Shown piece after piece: positions 56,016 to 64,000 of a stretch of DNA of 64,000 nt. Under the pieces are notes generated by a model. That model had not been told where the DNA came from, did not search any database, and saw only the letters and a program-made list of their open reading frames with translations. Each line of letters starts with the position of its first letter. Within the stretch, counting starts at the first letter, position 1. A program made the translations under genes and the position numbers. The DNA is from an uncultured Bacteroidales bacterium (GTDB taxonomy: Bacteria > Bacteroidota > Bacteroidia > Bacteroidales > Muribaculaceae): contig CAMKGM010000005.1 in NCBI GenBank assembly GCA_946412245.1, forward strand, positions 2,447 through 66,446, in the 5' to 3' direction.

Positions 56016-56113
56016 TCGGAGGCAGAGCCTCCGACTGCATGTACTGCTCTTCTATAGACGTGCCTCCGACTGCACGGACAGCTTTTTATTCATGAGTTTC
56101 CGACTGTACGGAC
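56016..56113. repeat. REP-like palindrome cluster at the RAYT 3' end
   Basis: Perfect stem tcggaggc-aga-gcctccga (56016-56034); motif tccgactg(c/t)a(c/t)g at 56030, 56065 and 56099. Confidence 0.75.
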
Positions 56114-57120
56114 TGGCCTACTATTTTTTGAGCCAAGGCGTTTAGAGCCAGACATTGCTCCCGCGTGATTTTGCGTCGCTCGTTGTGATGTTCCCATGGT
56201 GCGACCAACAATAGTTTGCCTTCTTTGCAGGCATCAAACTGCCTCCCAGCTGGCTTTTGCATCGGAGAGAAACCATTCTCCAGTATAATTATTTGCTTGC
56301 CTCCCAAATCAAAGGCAGCCTTCATGATTTGTTTCTCTCCCGGGCTAATGCAGGCTGAAACCAGAACATAACCTTCTTTGGAAAGATTCAACATCCTTTC
56401 TTTTTCACATGAGAGCTGCTCCTCGGTGATTCTTCGTGAACACTGCACAACTTTCTTTAAGGGAGTGTTGAGCAAGAAAAGGTTCCCCATGACTTGCACG
56501 CTTGTACCATCAATGAAAACATTGTGTTTTACAGTTAGATGTTCAGGATGCTCACGCTTAATCCACAAGCGTTGAGGATTGTCATGAACATAACTTATCA
56601 TCTTTTTCAATTGCCCTTGAAAACGCAAGATGGTGTCGTAGTACCCTTTTTCCCAATGCCATGAAGGCATTGTTGAAGGACTTGTTTGTTCCGTTTGTGC
56701 AGTGCGAGGCTGTGCCTCGTAATAATCTCTTAATGCCTTTCTAACCGCAGTTTTAAATCCATTTATAACATGCCCTAAATGATATGGCATCTTTCTCTCA
56801 ACAAACACCACACTATGAATGTGATCTGGCATAAGTTGAAAAGCTAAAATCTTTATTTCAGGACGATGTCTTGTGATACCGTTCCAGCACTGTTCCACAA
56901 GCCTACCATCGCTTGTTGGTACTATATAAGCTCTTTTGTGATTGGCATCAGGGGCATTAAGACTACCTAAAATCGGTATCCGGTTTTCCACGCACAAGAC
57001 AATGTGATAAATGCACCGATCGCTATAGTCATGATCATCATGTCGGCGTTTCATTGACTGCACAACTTTCAACTCTGGGTGTTGTTCTAACCAGCGTTTG
57101 CTTGTCTCCGGAAGTGCCAT
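56086..57120 (-). mobile_element. RAYT-type Y1 (HUH) transposase fused to a C-terminal DprA/SLOG-like domain
   Basis: RR..HDY...IYHIVLC; HUH motif MPDHIHSVVF; WEKGYYDTIL; catalytic-Tyr motif SYVHDNP; tail GNLFLL...VQCSR...SACISPGEK...ILENG...LLLVAPW. Start at ATG 57120. Looks more AT-rich than its neighbours. Confidence 0.85.
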
Positions 57121-57139
57121 TATTTGTAAAGTGTGGGAG

Positions 57140-58171
57140 TTACAGGCAGGAGATGAGGTGGGCGATTTGCGCGTCGGTGGTGGCCCAGCTGGTGCAGAAG
57201 CGGATGACGGTGCTGTGGGCGTCGAGGGTGGCAATCACATCGTAGCCCACATGCTCGGCAAGCGTGGCGAGACGCTCGGTGGGCATCACCACAAATTGCT
57301 GGTTGGTGGGCGAGTCGAGGTAGATTTCGTAGCCTTTCTCGATGAGCACATCGCGCAGTTTGAGTGCCTGCTCCACAGCATTGCGGGCAATCTTGAAGTA
57401 GAGCCCGTCGGTGAACAGTGTCTCGAACTGGATGCCCAGCAGCCAGCCCTTGGCAAGCATGGCGCCGCGGCCCTTGATGTGTCCGCGGGTGACCTGTATG
57501 GCGGGATTGGTGACAACCACGGCTTCGCCCATGAGGGCGCCCACCTTGGTGCCGCCAATGTAGAACACATCGGCAAGGCGTGCCACATCGGGCAAGGTTA
57601 CATTGCAGGCAGGAGCTGCCAAGGCATAGCCCAGGCGTGCACCGTCGATATAGAGGTAGAGGTTGAAGCGGTCGCACAGAGCGCGCAGGCGAGTGAGTTC
57701 GGCCAGTGAGTAGAGCGTACCCAGTTCGGTCGACATCGACACATAGATGGCGCGGGGCACCACATAGTGTTCCCAACCCACAGCGTTAAACTCCTCGGTC
57801 ACCGTTTCGAGATAGGTTTCAAGGGCATCAAGGTCAATCTTGCCCAGCACGGCCTTGGCGGGAATCACCTTGTGCCCGCAAGCCTCGATGGCGCCGGCCT
57901 CGTGCACATTGATGTGGCCCGTCTGGGCAGCAATGATGCCCTCGTTAAAGCGCAGCATGCTGTCAATGACCACCGCATTGGTCTGCGTGCCGCCCACGAG
58001 GAATCGCACCTCGGCCTTGGGGCATTGGCATGCCTCGCGAATGAGTTGCATAGCGTGAGCGCTATAGGGGTCCAGGCCGTAGCCGTCGTTCTTGTCCAGG
58101 TTTATCTCGTTGAGGCGGCGCATAATCTCGGGATGCGCGCCTTCCATGTAGTCACATTGAAATTTTATCAT
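57140..58171 (-). CDS. ltaE: Low-specificity L-threonine aldolase
   Basis: FQCDY.EGAHP; GYGLDPY; GGTQTN; HINVHEAGAIE; LYIDGARLG; IGGTKVGALMGEAVV. Confidence 0.9.
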   Translation of the reverse strand: MIKFQCDYMEGAHPEIMRRLNEINLDKNDGYGLDPYSAHAMQLIREACQCPKAEVRFLVGGTQTNAVVIDSMLRFNEGIIAAQTGHINVHEAGAIEACGHKVIPAKAVLGKIDLDALETYLETVTEEFNAVGWEHYVVPRAIYVSMSTELGTLYSLAELTRLRALCDRFNLYLYIDGARLGYALAAPACNVTLPDVARLADVFYIGGTKVGALMGEAVVVTNPAIQVTRGHIKGRGAMLAKGWLLGIQFETLFTDGLYFKIARNAVEQALKLRDVLIEKGYEIYLDSPTNQQFVVMPTERLATLAEHVGYDVIATLDAHSTVIRFCTSWATTDAQIAHLISCL

Positions 58172-58190
58172 AACTTTTCATTTTAAGATG

Positions 58191-58385
58191 TTCAAATTCT
58201 ACGATGTGGCGACCGACATTCCAATATGTCATTTTTATTGTCTGATTGATACTGATGGCTAGCTGTTGTTTCCCCGTTTCTATCACAGCTACAATTTTAT
58301 CAGCCAGTTGCGTCAAATCTGTATCAGGCATCTGTACCGATGGCTGTTTGACTTTGTTAAATGCTTGGTTCGGTATATGGTCCAT
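58191..58385 (-). pseudogene. N-terminal remnant of a DUF1016/YhcG PD-(D/E)XK nuclease gene
   Basis: LAISINQTIKMTYWNVGRHIVEFE matches the DUF1016 N-terminal motif (N..L...YW.IG..IVE.E); similarity stops there and the frame ends 12 codons later inside the ltaE 5' region. Confidence 0.7.
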
Positions 58386-58423
58386 ATCTTATGTGTTTGT
58401 TAAGCCAACGTCAATTCCATCAT

Positions 58424-59770
58424 CTACATGGCCCAAACCAACAGGCCGGCACAGATGATGACACCCGTGATGAGCAGGTCAATGAGGCAGTAGCCCATAA
58501 TGTCCTTCGCGCTCAGACGAGCAATAGCCAGGGCCGGAAGAGCCCAGAAGGGTTGTATGAGATTGGTCCATGCGTCGCCCCACGAGATGGCCATGCCTGT
58601 CAAGCCCGGGTCTACAGCGAGGTTGGCACCGGCGGTGAACATAATGGGCGCTTGTACAGCCCAGTGACCGCCGCCGCTCGGCACAAACAGGTTGAGCACA
58701 GCTGCGCAAAGGAAGGTGAGCAACGGATAGGTGACGGGCGTGCTGATTTGGACGCAAGCCTCGGCCATGACACCTCCAAGGCTGATGCCGCTGACGCCGA
58801 CACCCGTAAAGATGCCCATAATGCCGGCATAGAATGGGAACTGCAATATGATGCCGGCAGCGCCGGTGGTGGCTTTTCCGAAGGCGCGCACATAGTCTAC
58901 CGGCGTGGGATGCAGCATGAGTCCCAAAGCGAGGAATATCATGATGACGCCACCCAAGTCTAAACTCGCGCCATTCACAAAGAGATGTATCACGAGATAG
59001 GCCACGAGCATCAGCGCCACGAGCCACGAGAGCAATTTGCTTTGCTCAAGCCGCTGTGCCGGTGTCTTGGCTGATGAGGACGTGTCGGCCGGAATGTGGT
59101 CATCGTCTTTCAAGAGCGCGGGGTCGACGGTGAGGACACCTTTCTTGGGGTGCATCAGGGTGTTGGCAATGGTGATGCCGATGATTACTAACAGCACAGT
59201 CACCAGATTGTGCCAGTCGAGGATGGTTTGCGCCACAGGCACAGGGTCGGTCAGTGCGCCGTTGGTAGCCAGTGAGAGTGCCTCGCCGGGTGTGGCCATG
59301 GTCAGGGGAATGGAGCCGGACATACCGGCATGCCACACCACAAAGCCGCTGTAAGCCGAGGCGACAAGAAGTCGATAGTCTACATCTGAACGCTGGCGTG
59401 CTATAGCCTTGGCAAACACGACACCAACGATGAGACCAAAACCCCAGTTAAGCCAGCACGACAAGGCCGATACGACTGTCACAAGGGCTATCGCAGCAGG
59501 AGCACTCTGTGGCAGGCGAGCCATTGCGTTGATGCCACGTTTGATGACCGGTGCCGCGGCCAAGGTCGACCCACACACGAGAACCAATGCCATCTGCATG
59601 GCAAACTCCAACAAATTCCACACACCGTCGCCCCAGTGCTCAACCACCTCAAGGGGAGTCTGGCGGCACAACGGCATCGCCACTATCGCAGCCACGAAGG
59701 TGAGCAGGATGGCGAATATAAATGGTTCAGGCAACCAACGTTGCACAAGACGCACGCAAAATTTAATCAT
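58424..59770 (-). CDS. atoE: Short-chain fatty acid transporter (AtoE family)
   Basis: RWLPEPFIFA; FAMQMAL; WLNWGFGLIVG; DYRLLVASAYSG; LQFPFYAGIMG; NLFVPSGGGHWAVQAP; GDAWTNLIQPFWALP. Confidence 0.93.
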   Translation of the reverse strand: MIKFCVRLVQRWLPEPFIFAILLTFVAAIVAMPLCRQTPLEVVEHWGDGVWNLLEFAMQMALVLVCGSTLAAAPVIKRGINAMARLPQSAPAAIALVTVVSALSCWLNWGFGLIVGVVFAKAIARQRSDVDYRLLVASAYSGFVVWHAGMSGSIPLTMATPGEALSLATNGALTDPVPVAQTILDWHNLVTVLLVIIGITIANTLMHPKKGVLTVDPALLKDDDHIPADTSSSAKTPAQRLEQSKLLSWLVALMLVAYLVIHLFVNGASLDLGGVIMIFLALGLMLHPTPVDYVRAFGKATTGAAGIILQFPFYAGIMGIFTGVGVSGISLGGVMAEACVQISTPVTYPLLTFLCAAVLNLFVPSGGGHWAVQAPIMFTAGANLAVDPGLTGMAISWGDAWTNLIQPFWALPALAIARLSAKDIMGYCLIDLLITGVIICAGLLVWAM

Positions 59771-59827
59771 TTTATAGTATTTGTTTCTAACTGTGTTGAA
59801 TAAATATTTTTCATGTTCAGATTAGAG

Positions 59828-59865
59828 GCAAAACAAATAGACAGGGTGCAGCCCCTGTCTATTTG
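59828..59865 (-). terminator. Stem-loop terminator (REP-like) after the S9 peptidase gene
   Basis: caaatagacaggg-tgcagc-ccctgtctatttg (13-bp stem), with a T tract on the minus strand. Confidence 0.75.
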
Positions 59866-59887
59866 CTGTCGGGTCCCGGTCGGGACT

Positions 59888-62083
59888 TTATTTCTTGTTA
59901 GCGGGTTGCTCGGCTACCGGCTCGGCGGGCTGCTGCTTGGCGGCAAGCTCGGCGTGAGCCTTCTTGTAGGCCTCGGTGTCGGGTTTGAGCCACTTCTCAA
60001 GCCAGCCGAAGAACTCACGTTGCCACAGGATGGAGTTCTGCGGGCGCTGCACCCAGTGGTCTTCTTCGGGGAAGAGCACCATGCGTGCGGGCAGGCCGCG
60101 CAGCTTGGCGGCATTGAAGGCCATCATCGTCTGGGTGTAGCTGATGCGGAAGTCGTTCTCGCCGGTCACCACCATGATGGGGGTATCCCAGTTCTGAACA
60201 TAGTTGGCGGGGTTAGCCACGGCATACGACTTCTGAGCCACGGCGTTGCCCTTGTCCCAGAATGCACCGCCCAGATCCCAGTTTACGAACCACATCTCTT
60301 CGGTCTCAAGATATTGTGCCATGATGTTGAAGATACCGGCGTGGGCAATGAAGGCAGCGAAGCGCTTCTGGTGGTTACCGGCCAGCCAATAGACTGAGTA
60401 GCCGCCGTAGCTTGCACCCACAGCGCCAATGTGCTCACCGTCAACGTAGGGTTCCTTCTTCATGTAGTCGACTGCGCTCAGGTAGTCCTTCATGTTTTGG
60501 CCGCCGTAGTCGCCGCTGATTTGGGCGTTCCACTCGGTGCCGAAGCCCGGCAGACCGCGACGGTTAGGAGCAATCACGATGTAGCCGTTGCTGGCCATGA
60601 TGCGCAGATTCCAGCGATAGCTCCAGAACTGGCTCACGGGCGATTGCGGACCGCCTTCGCAGAAGAGGATAGCCGGATATTTCTTATTCTTGTCGAAGTT
60701 GGGCGGGAAGAGCACCCAGGTGGTCATCTGCTTGCCGTCGGTGGTGGGCACCATCACTTTCTCGCAGGTCACCTTGTTGAGTTTGGCCAGTATTTCGTCG
60801 TTCACGCTGGTGAGCTTGGTAGCCTCCTTCTGACCGTTCTTAGCGATGAACACCTCGTTAGGCTCCAGATAAGAGTGGCGCAGGGTGACAACCGTGTTTT
60901 CATCGATGGGTGAGAGGCCCGTGTAGTCATACTGACCGGCGGCGATGGTGTCAATCTTCTGTGTAGCCACTTCCAGGCGGAACAGCGGCATCGTGCCCTG
61001 GAACGGGCAGATGAAGAAGATGTACTTCTCGTCGGGCGACCAAGCGATTTCGTCCACGCTGTAGTCCCAGTTGGCGGTGAGGTCTTGCTTCTCGCCGGTC
61101 TTCATGTCCATCATGAAGATGCGGTTCTTGTCGGCCTCATAGCCGTCGTGCTCCATTGAGAGCCAAGCCAGCTTTCCGCTCTTGGAGATGATGGGGTTGT
61201 TGTCGTAGCCCATCATGCCCTCGGTGAGGTTCTTGACGGTCTTAGCGGTAGCCACATCATAAACATAGAGGTCGCTATTGGTAGAGATGGCATAGTCCTT
61301 ACCGGTCTTCTTGCGGCAAACGTAGACGAGTTGCTTGCTGTCAGGAGTCCAAGCGAGTTGTTCCACACCGCCCCAGGGGCGCATGGGCGACTCAAACTCG
61401 GTGCCCTCGAGCACATCCTTCACATTCTCCACCTTGCTGCCATCAAAGTCGGCCACAAAGGGGTGGGGCACCTCGGTCACCCACTCGTTCCAGTGGCGAT
61501 ACATCAGGTCGTCAATGATGCGGGCTTTGGCCTTGTCCAGGTCGGGATGCATCTCGGAGGTGATGTTGCCATAGGGCACGGTGCTGATGAGCACCACCTT
61601 CTTCTCGTCGGGCGAAATCACGAAGCCCTCAATGCCGTTCTCCATATCGCTCACGCACTTGCGGCTGCTGCCGTCGGCGTTCATCACCCACAGTTGAGGT
61701 GCAGCCTCGTCGTTCGACTCGTCGCGATACATGAAAGCAATCTTATTGCCGCCGTCAATCCACACGGCGTTGTTCTCGCTGTTGGGGGTGTTGGTAATCT
61801 GCAAGGGGTTCTTGCCGTCAATGTCCATCACCCACAGGTCGCGGTTGCTCTTGTTCTCCTTGATGTCGGTAATGGAAACACCATACAGGATTTTCTTGCC
61901 GTCGGGCGAAACCTGAGCGTCGCTCACGCGGCCAAATGAGTTGAGGATTTCAGGGGTGAACTCACCGTTTTCTACTTTCACGTTAATCTTGTTTTCACCT
62001 CCGCCTTGTCCAGCGGTGGTGCACGCTGTGGTGGCGGTCATTGCCAGAGTCGCAGCCATGATAGTTGTTTTAATGAGTTTCAT
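59888..62083 (-). CDS. S9-family lipoprotein peptidase (dipeptidyl-peptidase 5-like)
   Basis: Lipobox-like TTAC; beta-propeller repeats; GGPQS; catalytic GASYGGY; GENDFRI; PEEDHW. Confidence 0.92.
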   Translation of the reverse strand: MKLIKTTIMAATLAMTATTACTTAGQGGGENKINVKVENGEFTPEILNSFGRVSDAQVSPDGKKILYGVSITDIKENKSNRDLWVMDIDGKNPLQITNTPNSENNAVWIDGGNKIAFMYRDESNDEAAPQLWVMNADGSSRKCVSDMENGIEGFVISPDEKKVVLISTVPYGNITSEMHPDLDKAKARIIDDLMYRHWNEWVTEVPHPFVADFDGSKVENVKDVLEGTEFESPMRPWGGVEQLAWTPDSKQLVYVCRKKTGKDYAISTNSDLYVYDVATAKTVKNLTEGMMGYDNNPIISKSGKLAWLSMEHDGYEADKNRIFMMDMKTGEKQDLTANWDYSVDEIAWSPDEKYIFFICPFQGTMPLFRLEVATQKIDTIAAGQYDYTGLSPIDENTVVTLRHSYLEPNEVFIAKNGQKEATKLTSVNDEILAKLNKVTCEKVMVPTTDGKQMTTWVLFPPNFDKNKKYPAILFCEGGPQSPVSQFWSYRWNLRIMASNGYIVIAPNRRGLPGFGTEWNAQISGDYGGQNMKDYLSAVDYMKKEPYVDGEHIGAVGASYGGYSVYWLAGNHQKRFAAFIAHAGIFNIMAQYLETEEMWFVNWDLGGAFWDKGNAVAQKSYAVANPANYVQNWDTPIMVVTGENDFRISYTQTMMAFNAAKLRGLPARMVLFPEEDHWVQRPQNSILWQREFFGWLEKWLKPDTEAYKKAHAELAAKQQPAEPVAEQPANKK

Positions 62084-62156
62084 AAGTTTTGGTTTATAGT
62101 GAATTGGTTTTCAGAATTTCGGGTTAGTAATGCGGTTTCGAATGCAAAAGTAGTAA

Positions 62157-63131
62157 TTATTTTTCATTTTCCGGCACAGGCGCGCTTGTAGCTTGCTTGC
62201 GCACGCGACGTTTCTCGGTGAACCTGCCCACAAGGTAGGTGCCAGCTGTGAGCAAAAGAACCACTATCAGGAACACGCTCCATCCAATAACCTCTTCTAT
62301 GGCTGCATGTTTGGTTCCTATAGCCTTGCCTGTGGCAAAATATTCAAAGTATATCATTATAGAAGTGAAGAAAATTATGCCGAGCACAACGCACAGCAGA
62401 ATGCGCCAAAGCGTGGCCCACCAGCCGTAGCCAAACAGTTGCTTGTAGGTTATCACATAATAGATAGGAATGAGCAGAATCACCCAGCTTGGGCAGACTA
62501 TGGAAAGAGTGGTGGTCATGATTATGATTGTGGCCATGAACACCTGCAGAAAGAAGCCTTCGGGCAGAGAGTGCCGGTTGTGGCGAGGTGAGTGCCTGAA
62601 CAGTGCCCACGTGGGCAGAATCAAGGATGCGGTGACTGTGAGAAATCCCCAACCCGGGTTGCTTTCGAACCAGTTGCTCCAATAGTTCGCAATCAAGAAA
62701 TCGTTCTCTTGTGAGGAGCCGGTGGCAGAAACTTGTGCAATGGGGGCTTCAGGAAAAAGGAGATCGCTCAGTTTTTCGAAGAGCAGATACATAATTGACA
62801 CAATCAGTAGCATCTTGACCGGCGGGAACGACACTTGGCGCTTGCCGCTGAGGTAGTCGTTAATCATGTAGCCCGGTCGCAAAATGAGTTGCAGCAGCGT
62901 GAAGGGCAGAGAGCGAGAGTCCATGCCCCAAATCAGGGCAATGCCATTGCGCACCGTCTTCCAGTTGACACGGCCCACTCCCGCCTGCTGGCCGCACCGT
63001 GGGCAGTAGTTGTCGCTGAACTCAGTGCCGCAGTTGGCGCATTGCATCACAGTGTGGGAGTACCTGTTCCGGTACTCGATGGGGTTGAGTTGCCAGGCTC
63101 TGAAGCGCTGCCATCGTTGTTTCAAATTCAT
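62157..63131 (-). CDS. DUF3667-domain membrane protein
   Basis: Zinc-ribbon CANCG...YCPRCGQ; LILRPGYMINDYLSGKRQVSFPPVKML; multiple TM helices. Confidence 0.85.
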   Translation of the reverse strand: MNLKQRWQRFRAWQLNPIEYRNRYSHTVMQCANCGTEFSDNYCPRCGQQAGVGRVNWKTVRNGIALIWGMDSRSLPFTLLQLILRPGYMINDYLSGKRQVSFPPVKMLLIVSIMYLLFEKLSDLLFPEAPIAQVSATGSSQENDFLIANYWSNWFESNPGWGFLTVTASLILPTWALFRHSPRHNRHSLPEGFFLQVFMATIIIMTTTLSIVCPSWVILLIPIYYVITYKQLFGYGWWATLWRILLCVVLGIIFFTSIMIYFEYFATGKAIGTKHAAIEEVIGWSVFLIVVLLLTAGTYLVGRFTEKRRVRKQATSAPVPENEK

Positions 63132-63234
63132 TGCGATAGTAAATAGTGGTTCTAACTGAACTTTGCAAAGTTACTCATTTTTTAAGAATATCCCGCACCA
63201 TCACCCCACGATTTTTCATCCCGCCCCCGCAATT

Positions 63235-63580
63235 CTAAGGAGTATAGGAGTTGAGGAGCAGCTTTCGGCTATCTGCTAACGGCTTATTGCTAACTGCTAG
63301 TTGCTATCGGCTAGTTGCTACGGAGTTTAAGGAGTAGAGGAGTTGCGCTGGCGCGCTAAATCCGGCGTGAGCCGGCTCTTCGACAAACTTAGTTTGCAGC
63401 TTTTTGAAAAAATATAAATAGCCTCGGTGGGGTGCTAATTCGAAAAGTTGCACCTGTCGGTGTCAAAAAGCCTCGCAAGCTCGGATTTTTGGGACGGGCT
63501 ACTGACTATCTGCTAACTGGCTAGTTGCTAATTGCTCTACAATTTTTTACTCTAATCCCTCAACTCTATCCTCTCAACCT
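63235..63580. repeat. Intergenic cluster of degenerate short ladders and REP-like motifs
   Basis: ctatctgctaac...ggctagttgcta occurs twice (~63269 and ~63505); ggagt-rich ladder on the left with a complementary actc/cctc ladder on the right; 28-bp motif shared with 34233. Confidence 0.65.
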
Positions 63581-63867
63581 TCAGCTTGCTGAAATTTTCA
63601 ATATGTAGACAATTGTCCGTTGTACAATGGTCTACGAAACTGTAATTTTACGCCATGAAAAAACTAACCAATATGAACATCAATGTGAAGTTTGGCCAGT
63701 TCTCCAAATCGCAAAAATACTAGGATATTTAAAATAATTGAAAAAAGTGTTTACTAAATAATCTGTCATTTATTATTCATTTTATTAAAAATACTGTAAA
63801 TTTGTGATTGCATAAGAAATATATTTTGTTTGGCAGATTTTTCATTTTTAGAATTAATCATTGTATT

Positions 63868-64000
63868 ATGGAATTAGTAGTAGGTCAGGTCTATACCTCT
63901 GGGAATAGCAAAATTACGATTGTTGACAAAGATAAGCTTTGTTATTTGGTTAAATCATTGTGTGGAAATTCATCTGGTTTGCGTACCATATCAAAGCCAT
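63868..64000 (+). CDS. Partial AT-rich ORF running off the window end, unidentified
   Basis: MELVVGQVYTSGNSKITIVDKDKLCYLVKSLCGNSSGLRTISKP, open to the window end. Confidence 0.4.
   Translation, partial: MELVVGQVYTSGNSKITIVDKDKLCYLVKSLCGNSSGLRTISKP

Noticed and set aside
56086-57120. IS200/IS605 element with TnpB
   Set aside because: No tnpB/iscB nearby; the long Y1 protein with WxxGYYD motif and flanking palindromes fits the RAYT class better.
57120-57234. N-terminal 38-aa extension of the RAYT ORF in the ORF track
   Set aside because: It overlaps the ltaE 3' end and is low-complexity; ATG 57120 is the more plausible start.
2705-62685. Many long antisense or alternate-frame ORFs (e.g. 2705..3688, 8722..9642, 14451..15788, 40423..41829, 44295..45296, 48114..49259)
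   Set aside because: They overlap well-supported genes on the opposite strand and carry no motifs; expected shadows of GC3-rich codon usage.

Overview
A 64 kb chromosomal segment of a Bacteroidales bacterium, likely a gut or rumen Muribaculaceae/Prevotellaceae-like lineage (inferred from TAnnTTTG promoters, a T9SS-type C-terminal signal and gene content). All family calls come from visual motif recognition; no searches were run. Housekeeping blocks: rluD and a PASTA gene; dxs-trkA-trkH-ftsK-lolA-trxB; a complete lplA-gcvT-gcvH-gcvPA-gcvPB-lpdA glycine-cleavage operon; an ECF sigma/anti-sigma cluster opposite an outer-membrane beta-barrel; ltaE, an AtoE-like transporter, an S9 peptidase and a DUF3667 protein. 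Two accessory systems stand out. (1) A 14 kb, seven-gene co-directional operon (18924-32914): SrfB-like actin/Hsp70-fold ATPase, SrfC-like dynamin-type GTPase, SrfA-like domain fused across a membrane span to an intact S8 protease, a multi-TM protein, a second TRAFAC-type GTPase, a GAP1-N2-like membrane protein and a membrane-anchored helical protein. It is a candidate membrane-remodelling or conflict system. (2) Five secreted proteins with C-terminal dockerins and no T9SS signal (two LRR proteins, a flavodoxin/cyclophilin-like protein, a GH16, a GDPD), plus a stand-alone cohesin-like protein that does carry a T9SS-type C-terminal domain (17961-18686). Together these suggest a cohesin-dockerin display system in Bacteroidota. 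Also present: a RAYT-type Y1 transposase fused to a DprA/SLOG-like domain with REP-like palindromes, a ~1.9 kb gene-free repeat and hairpin island with a MITE-like element, and a DUF1016 gene remnant. No rRNA, tRNA or CRISPR array was recognised.
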